Notes: generated from the sequence alone by a model not told the origin. 51,730 nucleotides of DNA from Candidatus Alkanophaga liquidiphilum (GCA_029259535.1 JAPHEF010000001.1:87399-139128), one strand, 5' to 3'. Numbered from the stretch's first letter, positions 1 to 10,370 are shown. A program made the numbers and translations.

Positions 1-363
1 ATAAACGCCATCACTGCCCTCTACGAATACCGTCGTGAGGTTTAAAAATGCAAATATTGAAAATATCGCGGCTGCGGCGATTACGGAAACGCTGCCGACT
101 CTTTCGTCCTCTTCAGCATCGCTTAGCGACACGTAACGCTTTAGGGCTGCGGAAAGCAGCAGAAGAATGAAGATTGTGGCGCAGATCGACGTTTCCGAAA
201 AACCAAGAGGCAGCGAGAATAAAAAGACGAGCCAAGACGCGCAGAGCATGCCGAAAGTTATGCTAAATGCAGTCGTTTCGAGCTTTCTTCTGAATCCCGC
301 AGCCAAGCCTACGAAGTGGCCGAAAACGAGAGCGGCTGTCATGAAAAGAGCGGCGAGGAGCAT
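1..363 (-). CDS. Integral membrane protein, N-terminal part (runs off window edge)
   Basis: Manual translation from ATG at 363: MLLAALFMTAALVFGHFVGLAAGFRRKLETTAFSITFGMLCASWLVFLFSLPLG..., several hydrophobic helices, open to position 1. Confidence 0.65.
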   Translation of the reverse strand, partial: MLLAALFMTAALVFGHFVGLAAGFRRKLETTAFSITFGMLCASWLVFLFSLPLGFSETSICATIFILLLLSAALKRYVSLSDAEEDERVGSVSVIAAAAIFSIFAFLNLTTVFVEGSDGVY

Positions 364-421
364 CAAGAATCTGAGGAGAAGTGCACATAAAAATTTTATT
401 TGTTTCTCTCAAAGTTGGATT

Positions 422-826
422 ATGGGAGAGGTTAAGCCTGTGTGTCTTTTTCCGTGTTCGGGGTTCAACATTCCAGGGCAGGCGGCGAGGGTCGCTTCCG
501 CCATAGTTTCCGAGAGGGAGCTTCCTGACGTCTGCGAGGCGCTTGGCATCGTGGAGCTGACGGTGGCGTTCATAGGCGGGAAGGCTGCAGCTTTTGAGAA
601 GAAATTGCGGAAGCAAAAGGTCATCACCGTAGATGGCTGCCCCTATCAGTGCGCCAAGAATCTGCTGCAGCGATTCGTCAGGGTCGAACCTGCAAGAGAG
701 CTTATCGTTGGCTTATCTGAAGACCGTCTGGAAGAGTCAAGTAAGCTGACGCATACGACCGACGAGGACGTAAGGCGTGTGGTGGACGCCATCAAGAAGT
801 GTGTGGAAGAGCTGATGCAATTCTGA
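422..826 (+). CDS. DGC-domain putative zinc-binding protein
   Basis: Likely start MGEVKPVCLFPCSG at 422; motifs PCSG and ITVDGCPYQCAK typical of the DGC family. Confidence 0.8.
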   Translation: MGEVKPVCLFPCSGFNIPGQAARVASAIVSERELPDVCEALGIVELTVAFIGGKAAAFEKKLRKQKVITVDGCPYQCAKNLLQRFVRVEPARELIVGLSEDRLEESSKLTHTTDEDVRRVVDAIKKCVEELMQF

Positions 827-848
827 TTAGACGCAGGGCGGAATCAGG

Positions 849-1568
849 ATGTCAGAGTTAGAGCTTTTGCGTTTCTGCGTGGGCGGTGCATTGCTACTCT
901 ACGCCAGCTACGTCGACGTGAAGACGCGGGAGATCTCAGATGCAGTTTGGGCGCTCATGGCGGCGTTTGGCGTTGCCTTTTTAGCTCTTGATTTTTCTTA
1001 CGGCGTTCTCCAGCCGTTTCAGGTTTTAAGGTCGGTGCTGACCGCCTCCGTCCTTGCGCTTTTGCTCTTATTGTTGAACTTTGGCGGTGCGGATGCAAAG
1101 GCGCTTCTCGCAATCTCTGTTCTTCTTCCGAGCTTTCCAGCGTTCGCAGCGAGCGTGCCGCCCCTGAACGTTTTTGTGCTGAGCGTGTTGACCAACGCTT
1201 TAATTCTCTCGCTTTCCACGCCGCTCGTCCTGTTCTTCTACAACGCGTTCAAAGGGAATTTTTCGCCGCTGATGTTTCTCGGTTACAAAGTTAAAGTTTC
1301 GGAGCTGCGGGCGAAGAAACACATTAAGCTGATGCACGAGTTGCGAAGCTTTGGCGGCGCGGGCGAAGGTAGCGGAGCGGTGAGCGGATACGAACTGAGA
1401 TACGTGTGGGGCGGCATTGAGCCGTCAGAGGGGGTATTGAAGCTTTTGGAGCGGAGTGGGCTCTCGGAAGCGTGGGTGACGCCGCAAATGCCATTTCTCG
1501 TTTACCTGACCGTCGGCTTTTTTATCGCTGCTGCTTACGGCGACATAGTCTTCAACCTCTTAACATAG
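849..1568 (+). CDS. A24-family prepilin/prearchaellin peptidase (FlaK/PibD-like)
   Basis: ASYVDVKTREI and FGGADAKAL aspartate motifs; C-terminal WVTPQMPFLVYL; multiple TM helices. Confidence 0.88.
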   Translation: MSELELLRFCVGGALLLYASYVDVKTREISDAVWALMAAFGVAFLALDFSYGVLQPFQVLRSVLTASVLALLLLLLNFGGADAKALLAISVLLPSFPAFAASVPPLNVFVLSVLTNALILSLSTPLVLFFYNAFKGNFSPLMFLGYKVKVSELRAKKHIKLMHELRSFGGAGEGSGAVSGYELRYVWGGIEPSEGVLKLLERSGLSEAWVTPQMPFLVYLTVGFFIAAAYGDIVFNLLT

Positions 1569-1593
1569 TATTTATTAGGACGTCGGCGAACCT

Positions 1594-3165
1594 GTGGAGA
1601 AGGGGGCTGTTAGCGTGGGTGGGAACGAGCGTGCGAGCGAGTTGTCTGCGAACGAATGCATGATTTTAACGGCGTTGGGGAAGCTCGGCGGAAGCGAATA
1701 CTTGGGAGCAGTTGCGGAAGCAGGCGGTTTGAACGAGGCTGCGGCGACGCAAGCAGCATTTCTGTTAGCGCAAAAGGGACTTATTAAGGTAGAAGAGGAG
1801 AAAGAAACGTTCTACGGGCTTACAGAGGAGGGGCGGCGGTATGTAGCGGAGGATTTACCAGAGCGTAGGCTCCTGAGACTCTTGCTCAAGCAAAAGAATG
1901 TGAGCTTGGAAGAAGTGGGCGCAGCGCTCGGGAAGCGGGCGAAGATAGCGATTGGTTGGCTGGTGCGGAAGGGCTGGGGCGTCGTATCCGATGCTGGAGG
2001 CGGCGGCGGCAAGACGTTGGTGCCTATAGTAGAAAGCGAGCCACTGAAGGGAGACGACGAGCGAGTTTTGAAAGCTTTAAGCGAGTTTGGCGCCGTGCGG
2101 AGCGAGGAACTTGTGAAGCGTTTGAAAATGCCGCTGGATGAGCTTGACAACGTTGTGAAGGTGCTAAGGCGACGGAACTTGGTGGAGGTTTCGGAGGTGA
2201 GGCGGCGGCGGCTTCTCCTAACAGAGAAGGGCAAGCAGCTTTTGGAGAGCGGCGTGACGGTTGAAGAGGAGGTAACGAGGCTGACGCCTGAGCTGCTGAT
2301 GACGGGGGCGTGGCGGGGCAGGAAGTTCCGGAGTTACGACGTGAGCGTGCCCGCCGCTCGTATTTACGTGGCGAAAATCCACCCCTACCAGCGGATTCTG
2401 GAGCGCATCCGCCGCATCTTCGTGGAGATGGGTTTTGTTGAGATAAAGGGCGACGTCGTCCAGCCGGCGTTCTGGAACTTCGACGCGCTTTTCGTGCCGC
2501 AAGATCACCCCGCCAGAGAGATGCAGGACACCTTCTACTTGCCGTTTGAGGAAGAGGCGGCGCCAGCAAGCCTTGAACTCATCAAAAAAGTGAAGGAAAT
2601 TCACGAGAGTGGCGGCGGGATTTCGACGGGCTGGGGCGGCGTCTGGAGCGAGGAGGTTGCTGGGCGTTGCGTGTTACGAACACATACCACGGCGGTCACC
2701 ATCAGATACTTGGCAGAGCATCCGGAGCCGCCGGTCAAGGTCTTTAGCATTGACAGGGTTTACCGCCGGGAGACGCCGGACGCCACACACATCCCAGAAT
2801 TCGATCAACTCGAGGGGATCGTGCTCGACGAAGGCGTTTCCTTTAAAAACCTTCTCGGCTGCCTCTCCACATTTTACCGCAAGATGGGTTTTGAGAGCGT
2901 TAGATTCCGCCCGGGTTACTTTCCTTACACGGAGCCCTCCGTCGAATCTGAGGTTTACGTGGAGGGGCTCGGCTGGGTGGAGCTCGGCGGCGCCGGCATC
3001 TTCAGAGAAGAGGTCACAAAGCCGCTCGGCATAAAGCACCCAGTGCTGGCGTGGGGGCTCGGCGTCGGACGCCTCGCAATGCTCGTTCTTGGACTCAAAG
3101 ACATTAGAAAGCTTTACCAGCCCGACATCAAATGGTTAAGGGAGTTTCCAGCGTCTAAGTGTTAA
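1594..3165 (+). CDS. pheS: Phenylalanyl-tRNA synthetase alpha subunit (archaeal type)
   Basis: FWNFDALFVPQDHPAREMQDTFY, LRTHTT, FRPGYFPYTEPS, ELGGAGIFR, AWGLGVGRLAM. Confidence 0.97.
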   Translation: MEKGAVSVGGNERASELSANECMILTALGKLGGSEYLGAVAEAGGLNEAAATQAAFLLAQKGLIKVEEEKETFYGLTEEGRRYVAEDLPERRLLRLLLKQKNVSLEEVGAALGKRAKIAIGWLVRKGWGVVSDAGGGGGKTLVPIVESEPLKGDDERVLKALSEFGAVRSEELVKRLKMPLDELDNVVKVLRRRNLVEVSEVRRRRLLLTEKGKQLLESGVTVEEEVTRLTPELLMTGAWRGRKFRSYDVSVPAARIYVAKIHPYQRILERIRRIFVEMGFVEIKGDVVQPAFWNFDALFVPQDHPAREMQDTFYLPFEEEAAPASLELIKKVKEIHESGGGISTGWGGVWSEEVAGRCVLRTHTTAVTIRYLAEHPEPPVKVFSIDRVYRRETPDATHIPEFDQLEGIVLDEGVSFKNLLGCLSTFYRKMGFESVRFRPGYFPYTEPSVESEVYVEGLGWVELGGAGIFREEVTKPLGIKHPVLAWGLGVGRLAMLVLGLKDIRKLYQPDIKWLREFPASKC

Positions 3166-3202
3166 TACTTTTATAAGTGAGCCGTTTTTAACCAATGCGG
3201 GC

Positions 3203-3379
3203 GAGAAGTCCCCTTCCGAAAGGGAGGGTGAAAGCCCGCAAATTATATATGCTTTTGGTGACACATTTCTTCGTCGGGGACGCCTCTGGGACCGAGGTCT
3301 CTGTAAAGGGGTTCCGTGCTGGAGTCCCCCGACGCTATGAAGGCACAGTCGGAGAAGCTCCTAGGGTGGAGGAGTTCAC
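3203..3379 (+). mobile_element. Possible IS200/IS605 (TnpB)-derived miniature remnant
   Basis: Hairpin CCCTTCC-GAAA-GGGAGGG, TATA-like ATTATATA, peptide remnant THFFVGD...EAPRVEEFT, and an end GAAGCTCC..GGAGGAGTTCAC resembling tnpB 3' ends; recognised by eye only. Confidence 0.4.
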
Positions 3380-3399
3380 CTTGGTGAGAGCATGCGACA

Positions 3400-3988
3400 T
3401 GTGACAGCCTTGGGGCTGGTTGCGCTGCTGTCGGCACTGGCGGTGTGTGTCGTGTCGTTGCTATTACAATGGTGAAGGCTGCGCACCCGAATGTGACATC
3501 CACGACGTGCTTGCGTTCGTAGTTGAGCGGCACGGTGACGGGGCGTTCCCACCGTCGCCGTTTACCGCTCTTACAATCCCGCTTGGGGCAACAAAGGTAA
3601 TGCTTTCAGGTGAGGTTGCCGAGCTTTGAAATCACACATTCCGGGGGCTTCCGCACGCATACATGACGGAAGACCTGAACGGTGATGGAGTTTTTGAAGC
3701 GGTCTCGGATGTCATGGACGGTGGCGACTGCATCCTCATAATTCTGCGAGGTAGCGACGGCTTCGTCGAGTGGCGTTCCGTTCTCGCTTACGTGAGCGAC
3801 CGACGGCTGGACGTATTCGGAGCCTGTCTGCTGGCGACCTAAATGGCGACGGTCTTTGTGGCCTCATAGTCTTTAGGTTCAGGCTGCCAAGCATCCCCAA
3901 GGGGGCCTACACGTGGCATTTCCAGTTGCTCGACCCTGCCACAGGTGCTGTCATCGCTGAGGACGTGGCATCATGGAAGTTCTCATAA
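3400..3988 (+). pseudogene. Decayed secreted FG-GAP/VCBS-repeat protein
   Basis: Two DLNGDG motifs (EDLNGDGVFE ~3670, GDLNGDGLCG ~3833) in different frames; C-terminal beta domain FRLPSIPKGAYTWHFQLLDPATG; interrupted by stops and frameshifts. Confidence 0.55.
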
Positions 3989-4038
3989 TTCCTCCCATAT
4001 TTCTCCTTTAGCTATTGCTGGTCAAGCACCAGCCGCTG

Positions 4039-4806
4039 TCACTTAAGCATGTTGAGTCGCCTGAGGGCATTCAAAAACTCGCTCCAAACGGCGTTTTGCG
4101 TATAAACCCTTGACACGTTCTCCTCGTAGGTTTCCTTGACTTCGGGGCATTCGGATGGCACGAAGTTCGTGACGACACTGCTCAGAATGCGGCGGTAACC
4201 CGAGCTCGGGCATGCGAACGCCAGCACGTTTTCAAACTTAGAGCGGTTGCGGGCGAGCCAGCGGCGGACGACGCCGTTCAGAATCCGCCAAACCTCCTCC
4301 GCAATGCTTTCATCCCATTTGTAGCCATAACGCTCAATCCACGGAAAGAATGGCGCATCGTAAACGAGATTCACGGTTTCGTCGTCAATCCGCCACGTGA
4401 AGTCCCAAAACTCACGAGGCTCCAACGCCAAAGGCTCAGAAACCGCGCACATGTAAAGGCGTAGTTTTGACCTTCGTGGTTGCGCTCGAGTATGTAGCGA
4501 GGTGGCGGTCGTCCTCAGCTTCGTAGCCGTCTCAGCGCCGTTAATGCGGCGTTCAATGTCCAAGAGCCGCTTGAAAAGCTCGCTCCTCGGCGGTTCATAC
4601 GGCTTTTTCGCATCGCACGGCACGAGTAATAAGAGCATGGCGGGCGGCGCCTCGTGGCGCTCCGCAACAAATTCCAGCCACCGTCTCACGATGCGATTCC
4701 CCTTTATTGCGGAAAGCACGTCTTGCGGCGCCGGGAAGAAAAGCTCAGAGTTAAGTTTCGGGTTCAGCTTGTGAGCATCTTCGAGCGTCAACATCTTTCT
4801 CGGCAT
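4039..4806 (-). CDS. DUF5591-like protein (related to the central domain of archaeosine synthase ArcS)
   Basis: LLVPCDAKKPY motif resembles the LLPCSxxKPY motif; VSEPLALEPRE and YDAPF motifs. Confidence 0.65.
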   Translation of the reverse strand: MPRKMLTLEDAHKLNPKLNSELFFPAPQDVLSAIKGNRIVRRWLEFVAERHEAPPAMLLLLVPCDAKKPYEPPRSELFKRLLDIERRINGAETATKLRTTATSLHTRAQPRRSKLRLYMCAVSEPLALEPREFWDFTWRIDDETVNLVYDAPFFPWIERYGYKWDESIAEEVWRILNGVVRRWLARNRSKFENVLAFACPSSGYRRILSSVVTNFVPSECPEVKETYEENVSRVYTQNAVWSEFLNALRRLNMLK

Positions 4807-4809
4807 CAG

Positions 4810-5139
4810 CTACTCGAACAGTATTTTGTAAAACTTCAGCAACCTCTCTGTTAAACGCTGCAATTCTTCTTCTCCCCGCCTCGTCAGCCTGTAGTATTTT
4901 CGGTGCCGCCTTTTATTCCCGTCCTTGCCGCCTCCGTCGCCGCAGCGTCGCCATTCGCCCACCGCCAGCCCTCGGCGCTCAAGCTCGTGCAGTATCGGAT
5001 ACACGATGCTCTGGCTCACCCGCATTTCGAGCTTCTCTTCCAGCACCTTCATGAGCTCGTAGCCATACATTGGACGTTCGCTTAGTAGCCGCAAGACGTG
5101 AAACTTGAAAAAGCCCGACGGCAGCCGCTCACTCAACAT
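4810..5139 (-). CDS. PadR-family transcriptional regulator
   Basis: LRLLSERPMYGYELMK...IVYPILHELERRGL...RKYYRLTRRG; divergent from the RND gene. Confidence 0.93.
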   Translation of the reverse strand: MLSERLPSGFFKFHVLRLLSERPMYGYELMKVLEEKLEMRVSQSIVYPILHELERRGLAVGEWRRCGDGGGKDGNKRRHRKYYRLTRRGEEELQRLTERLLKFYKILFE

Positions 5140-5172
5140 GTCAAAAACTTATATATGTCGCTATCATAAATA

Positions 5173-7416
5173 TTGAGCGGCATGCTCAAAAGGGTGCTCA
5201 GCGGCGTTGCAACGCTTACGGTGAGATACTCCATAATTGTCATCCTCGTGTGTCTTCTCTTCACGATAATTGCGGCGAACGGCATCACGCTCCTCAGCAC
5301 CGAGTCGAACATGGAGAAGTGGATGCCACAGGACATGATATCCGTCCAGACCGGCAAGCTCATAAGGTCGGAGTTCGGCGGCAGCGACATCGGCGTCGTG
5401 CTCGTGAAGGTCGTCCCGTCGGACGACCCGCAGGCGGTCCAAGACATCAGGGACCCGCTCGTCCTCGAAGCGATAGACAGACTCGAACAACGCCTCCACA
5501 CAGAAGAGCACGTTTACAGAGTTTTCAGCGTTGTCGACGCCGTCAAAGCGGCTTTCGGCGGCGAAATCCCAAGGGACGAGGAGCTTCTCCATACATTCCT
5601 GAGTGACGAGAGCTTCCAAGGTCTCATCTCTAAGGATTTTGGCGCCACGACCGTCATGTTCTGGACGGATGCCGGGATGAGCGACGTTTCTGCCAGCGAG
5701 CTTCAGAGGTGCGTCGAGGAGGACATCTCACAAGCTTCCTTTCCGAGTGGTGTCGAGGTGTATCTCACGGGCTTGCCCTCGATGATTTACGAGATTTCGA
5801 AGCTGATAAATGAGGTCAACAAACAGACTTCTACGGTGTCTCTGCTCTTCATTTTCATAATTCTGGTCTCTGCTTATCTTTCGGTACGCCTCGGCATCCT
5901 TCAGCTGTTGCCGATGATTTTCGGCGTTTCGTGGACGCTCGGCAGCATGGGCTACCTCGGGATCCCGCTGAATATTGTGACGGCGACGGTCAGCTCGCTG
6001 ACGCTCGGCGTCGGCATCGGCTATGCCATTCACATACTCGGACGCTACATCGAAGAGCGGGAGCGCGGTTTAAACGTGGAGGACGCCATTCACATCTCAC
6101 TAACGGAGACCGGCGCCGCACTAACAGCAGCGATGGGGACGACGCTCGCAGGCTTCGCATCCATGCTGGCTGGAAATTCGCCTATCGTTCGGCAACTCGG
6201 CGCATCCCTTTCCTTCGGGCTGATATACTCGTTTTTAGCGGCGATCATACTGTTGCCCTCCGTAATATACGTGCTTGAGCGGCGGGGCAGCCTCGTGAAG
6301 GGCGCAGAGATGAGAGGTGTTGTGAAGCTCGCAGAACGCTTCCTTTACGCGCTCGGCGGCTTCGAGGCTCGCCGCCCTTACGTCATCGCCGTCTTTCTCA
6401 TAGTGCTGACACTCGTTTCGTTCTATGGGATTAGCATGCTGAAAATCGAGGAGTCATACGAGCGGATGATGCCGAGCGACCTGCCGGTGATACGGGCGTA
6501 TCACAAGGTCGAGGACGAGTTTGGAGGTATAGACACGATGATGATTCTCGTGGAGGCAGAGGACGTGCGAGACCCCGAGGTTTTAAAGGCGATGGATGCT
6601 CTTCAAAAGAGGATAGCGACTGAAAAGTGGGTTGTCGATGTCACGAGCCCTGTGGATGAGGTGAAGCAGGTTTACGGCTACATCCCATCCTCGAAAGAGG
6701 ATGTTGCTACAGTGCTGAATCCCAACAACGCGGACGTCAGTGAGGATTTCCGCTATGCTCTCATCACTGCCCGTCTTTCTTATCCAAGGAGTCGTGAGCG
6801 TGACATTGATATTTCGGAGCGTTTTCTGGAAGCGATGAATGCCGTGCCGCTGCCCGAAGGTGTTGAGCTACGCATCTACGGAGACCCCTACGGGATGTAT
6901 GAAATGGAGCCGCTACGACAGGAAAACCTGCGGAGAATTAGTATGATTGGCGTGACGCTCGTCACGCTCATTGCCATTTTTTACTTCAAGTCGCCGTTCA
7001 AGGGTTTGCTCTCGCTCACGCCTGTCGTGCTTGCGACGCTTTGGACGTTCGGGATGATGGGACTCGCTGGCATTCCATTCGGCATGCACATGACCGGCGT
7101 GATTGCGATGACCGCTGGGCTCGGTATAGACTTCGGCATCCACATCACGCATCGCTACGGCGAGGAGCTGCGGCGCTCGCCGGACGCCGCCGTCCAGAGG
7201 GCGGTCGGGGGTGTCGGGCGGGAGCTCTGGGCGGCAGCCGCAGCTACGATTGCAGGTTTCCTTGCGCTCGTCTCCGCAAGAATCCCGATGATCGGCGACT
7301 TGGGCATCGTCCTTGCAACCGCCATTTTCTTCTGTTTCTTCGCCGCCGTCGTGTTCGTCCCGACGGTCCTTGTATTTGCTGGAAGGAGGAATATGATGAA
7401 AACGGGGGAGGTGTAA
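5173..7416 (+). CDS. RND superfamily exporter (HAE3/MMPL type)
   Basis: Two repeated halves, each with a large extracytoplasmic loop plus TM block; GVGIGYAIHILGRY and GLGIDFGIHITHRY motifs; start could be ATG 5182. Confidence 0.92.
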   Translation: MSGMLKRVLSGVATLTVRYSIIVILVCLLFTIIAANGITLLSTESNMEKWMPQDMISVQTGKLIRSEFGGSDIGVVLVKVVPSDDPQAVQDIRDPLVLEAIDRLEQRLHTEEHVYRVFSVVDAVKAAFGGEIPRDEELLHTFLSDESFQGLISKDFGATTVMFWTDAGMSDVSASELQRCVEEDISQASFPSGVEVYLTGLPSMIYEISKLINEVNKQTSTVSLLFIFIILVSAYLSVRLGILQLLPMIFGVSWTLGSMGYLGIPLNIVTATVSSLTLGVGIGYAIHILGRYIEERERGLNVEDAIHISLTETGAALTAAMGTTLAGFASMLAGNSPIVRQLGASLSFGLIYSFLAAIILLPSVIYVLERRGSLVKGAEMRGVVKLAERFLYALGGFEARRPYVIAVFLIVLTLVSFYGISMLKIEESYERMMPSDLPVIRAYHKVEDEFGGIDTMMILVEAEDVRDPEVLKAMDALQKRIATEKWVVDVTSPVDEVKQVYGYIPSSKEDVATVLNPNNADVSEDFRYALITARLSYPRSRERDIDISERFLEAMNAVPLPEGVELRIYGDPYGMYEMEPLRQENLRRISMIGVTLVTLIAIFYFKSPFKGLLSLTPVVLATLWTFGMMGLAGIPFGMHMTGVIAMTAGLGIDFGIHITHRYGEELRRSPDAAVQRAVGGVGRELWAAAAATIAGFLALVSARIPMIGDLGIVLATAIFFCFFAAVVFVPTVLVFAGRRNMMKTGEV

Positions 7417-7418
7417 GT

Positions 7419-8690
7419 ATGAAGTTGGAAGTAAAAATGAGAAAGTTGGCACCAGCATTGGTGTTCGTGGTCTTAGCGGCATCTCTTACGTTGTTTGCAG
7501 TAGCGACGGCGCAAACGTCCTTCGTGACGATTGAAGACGTGCATCCAAAGGTCTTGCATCCAGGTGATACTTACGAGCTAACGGTCGTTATAAAGAACAA
7601 CGGCGACAGGGACGCTCGTAACGTCATGCTCGCATTCTCGCCCGACCCCACCGGCACCGTGAGCGTCGTCGGCGTGAGCACCGTCAATATCATTGGGCTG
7701 AGCGGCTGGAGCGAGAAGGAAATCAAACTTGCAGTGCACGTTCGGGATGGTGCGCTCGAAGGCACTTATGTCTTGCCTGTGAACATCACTTGGGAGGAAT
7801 GTTACTACGTCACGGGTGTCGGGCGTATTTGCGAGCCGGGGCATTTCAGCTTCGCCACGCTTTCGCTGCGTGTCGAGGGCACGCCCACGCTTAATGTTGC
7901 AAGTGTCGTCGTGAAGCACGGCGAATATGGCAGCGAGGTGCGTCCCGGCTACGAGAACGTCCTCGTCGAAGTTTGGATTGAGAACAGCGGCGAGGCTTCC
8001 GCGGAGGACGTAAAGGCGGAGCTTATTTGCGGCGAAGGCTTCGAGCCGTCGGCGTCGCAGACGACCGTCGCATATATCGGGAAGCTGCTGCCGGGCGTAA
8101 GGGCGCAGACTACGTTCCGCATAGACGTTTCCGAGGACGTTACAGCGGGCGAGCATACACTGCCGTTGAAACTCACTTACAGAGTTGATGACGAATGGGA
8201 GGAGGAGACGAAGGACATTCAGATATTCGTGGAGCCGAAGCCGAAGTTTGAGATTGTTGACATTAAAACAGAGCCTGCGGCGGTGCGGGCGGGTGACACT
8301 GTTACCCTCTACGTCGAAGTAAAGAACGTCGGCACCGAGAATGCGAAGTTCGTTGATGTCGCCGCCATAAGGAAGGCGGAGCAGCCTTTCGACTTCGAAG
8401 ACCGCAGCGACTACGTTGGCGACCTCGACGTCGGGAAGAGCGGCGTCGCCTGCCTTAGCTTCGAGGTTCTGGATGACGCCACATCTAAAATTTACTTCCT
8501 CGATATCAGAATACGGTGCAGCGGCGACCCCGAAGTTGGAGACGACAACGTTTATACTTTTTATAAGAGTGTCCCAGTCGAAGTCCTGCCAGGTTTGCCA
8601 AAGACCACAAGATACCTGCGGGTGGCGTTCGTCGTCCTCGCAGTCGCCATCGTCGTCGCCATTGCCTACGTCGTTGTTAGGAGGAAATGA
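7419..8690 (+). CDS. COG1361-type S-layer/Ig-like domain protein with C-terminal membrane anchor
   Basis: Start reassigned to ATG 7419 after the RND stop; signal peptide, three repeats of the VxNxGxxxA motif, C-terminal TM helix plus RRK; typical partner of archaeal RND exporters. Confidence 0.85.
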   Translation: MKLEVKMRKLAPALVFVVLAASLTLFAVATAQTSFVTIEDVHPKVLHPGDTYELTVVIKNNGDRDARNVMLAFSPDPTGTVSVVGVSTVNIIGLSGWSEKEIKLAVHVRDGALEGTYVLPVNITWEECYYVTGVGRICEPGHFSFATLSLRVEGTPTLNVASVVVKHGEYGSEVRPGYENVLVEVWIENSGEASAEDVKAELICGEGFEPSASQTTVAYIGKLLPGVRAQTTFRIDVSEDVTAGEHTLPLKLTYRVDDEWEEETKDIQIFVEPKPKFEIVDIKTEPAAVRAGDTVTLYVEVKNVGTENAKFVDVAAIRKAEQPFDFEDRSDYVGDLDVGKSGVACLSFEVLDDATSKIYFLDIRIRCSGDPEVGDDNVYTFYKSVPVEVLPGLPKTTRYLRVAFVVLAVAIVVAIAYVVVRRK

Positions 8691-8735
8691 CGGCTCCACA
8701 AAGTCGTAAAAGTAAATAATGGATGGGGGAAACGC

Positions 8736-9917
8736 ATGGGAACTGCTGCAAAAGTTAGCACCGGCGTCCTCCTTCTCGGCTTAGTCAGTTTTATCACTGA
8801 CGTCAGCAGTGAGATGATTCTGCCGCTGCTTCCGCTGTTCATCGTGGCGCTCGGCGGCAGCGGCATCGCCGTCGGGCTCGTCAGCGGCGTCGGCGACAGT
8901 GTCGCTGACTTTCTTAAAATATTCTCAGGTTACTTCTCGGACAGACTTGGCAGGCGGAAGCCGCTTGTTGCCCTTGGTTATTTTTCCTCTGCGCTCGCAA
9001 AGCTCTTTTTCCCGATTGCCACGATTTGGGAGCACGTTTTAGCACTACGTGTCGTGGAGCGCATCGGCAAGGGTGTCAGGACTGCGCCTAGGGATGCGAT
9101 GATTGCTGGGTACGCAGCGATGGAAATTCGCGGTAAGGCGTTCGGCGTGCACCGTGCGATGGATACCGCCGGCGCTGTCCTCGGCTCCATCATCGCTTTC
9201 CTTCTCCTTTGGTTTTTTGCTCTCGACTTCCGGCAAATCTTCCTCGCAGCAGCGCTCCTCGCATTCCTCGCCCTCCTCCCCCTCTACTTCGTTAAAGAAG
9301 TGCGAAGCGAGCGCCGGCTGGAAAGCAGCTTCGCTCTCAGCTTGAAAAGCCTCCCCGCAGACCTCAAAGCCCTCATTTTGATACTTATGGTCTTTGCGCT
9401 AGGCAACATCAGCTACATGTTTTTCATCCTGCGTGCGCGGGAGGTCTTCGAAGCGGCGAAGCTCGCAGAGCAGCTCAGCCTCAGCCTGCCTGTCCTCCTC
9501 TACGTCCTTTACAACTCCGTGTATGCGACGCTCGCAGAGCCCTTCGGCGCACTCTCCGACCGGATTGGCAGGGCGAATATCATGCTCGGCGGCTTCCTCC
9601 TTTTCTCGCTCATGAGCCTTGGTTTCATATTTGTGGGTGTGCGCACGCTTTTTATACTCTTCGCACTCTATGGGCTTGTTTACGCTATGACTGAGGGGGT
9701 TGGGCGGGCTTTCGTCTCGGACCTCTGCTCCGAACAGTTGAGAGGGACGGCGCTCGGCGCCTACCACACCGCAACGGGCTTCGCCGCCATAGCCGCAAAT
9801 CTCGTTGCGGGCGTCCTCTGGGATGTTTTCGGCTCGGAAGCCACGTTCGCATACGCTGCGTCGCTTCCGCTCCTGGCGGCTCTCCTGCTGTTTTTCTGGA
9901 AAAAGAAGCGGCAGTAA
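8736..9917 (+). CDS. MFS transporter
   Basis: About 12 TM helices; SDRLGRRK and SDRIGRAN motif A; ERIGKGVRTAPRDA. Confidence 0.93.
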   Translation: MGTAAKVSTGVLLLGLVSFITDVSSEMILPLLPLFIVALGGSGIAVGLVSGVGDSVADFLKIFSGYFSDRLGRRKPLVALGYFSSALAKLFFPIATIWEHVLALRVVERIGKGVRTAPRDAMIAGYAAMEIRGKAFGVHRAMDTAGAVLGSIIAFLLLWFFALDFRQIFLAAALLAFLALLPLYFVKEVRSERRLESSFALSLKSLPADLKALILILMVFALGNISYMFFILRAREVFEAAKLAEQLSLSLPVLLYVLYNSVYATLAEPFGALSDRIGRANIMLGGFLLFSLMSLGFIFVGVRTLFILFALYGLVYAMTEGVGRAFVSDLCSEQLRGTALGAYHTATGFAAIAANLVAGVLWDVFGSEATFAYAASLPLLAALLLFFWKKKRQ

Positions 9918-10048
9918 GCGACCGTCGAGGAGGCGATGCTAACCCGCTTTAAAGAGTGCTAACATGCTTAACTCAGTAGGTCATATTTTTAGAGGGGGAG
10001 TTACGGGTCACGCTTGACGAGCTTGATGAGTATTTAGAGCGGTGGAAC

Positions 10049-10255
10049 GTGTTTAAGATGAGGAATGGACTGGAGGAGCTCTTAGAGCAAGAGCTTGCGC
10101 TGCTTTACGATATGCGAAGCTCGCTGCTTGACGCTTACATCGTGGAGCGGCTGCGTCGCGACTTCCTCAAGGAGTTGCTACATGGAGTTAAAGCAAGAGC
10201 GCTCGGCGACGAACGCTACCTCCGCTGGTGCTTCACCCAGTCTCTTCAAGGATAA
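10049..10255 (+). CDS. Small hypothetical protein or gene remnant
   Basis: Helical-looking 68-aa ORF; frame is open a little further upstream; no family recognised. Confidence 0.3.
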   Translation: MFKMRNGLEELLEQELALLYDMRSSLLDAYIVERLRRDFLKELLHGVKARALGDERYLRWCFTQSLQG

Positions 10256-10370
10256 AAGCAAGTCGCACCGAGCTCGTCCTCAAATACAAACCGTTGCGTG
10301 AGTATAAATGCTGCTTAGGGCGAGAATGCGATTTCTTTGATGACACATTTTCCGGCTCTTCCTTTCATAA

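Noticed and set aside
7041-7418. N-terminal extensions of ORFs 7041..8690, 167..826 and 42843..44549
   Set aside because: They overlap neighbouring genes; downstream ATGs give proper family N-termini
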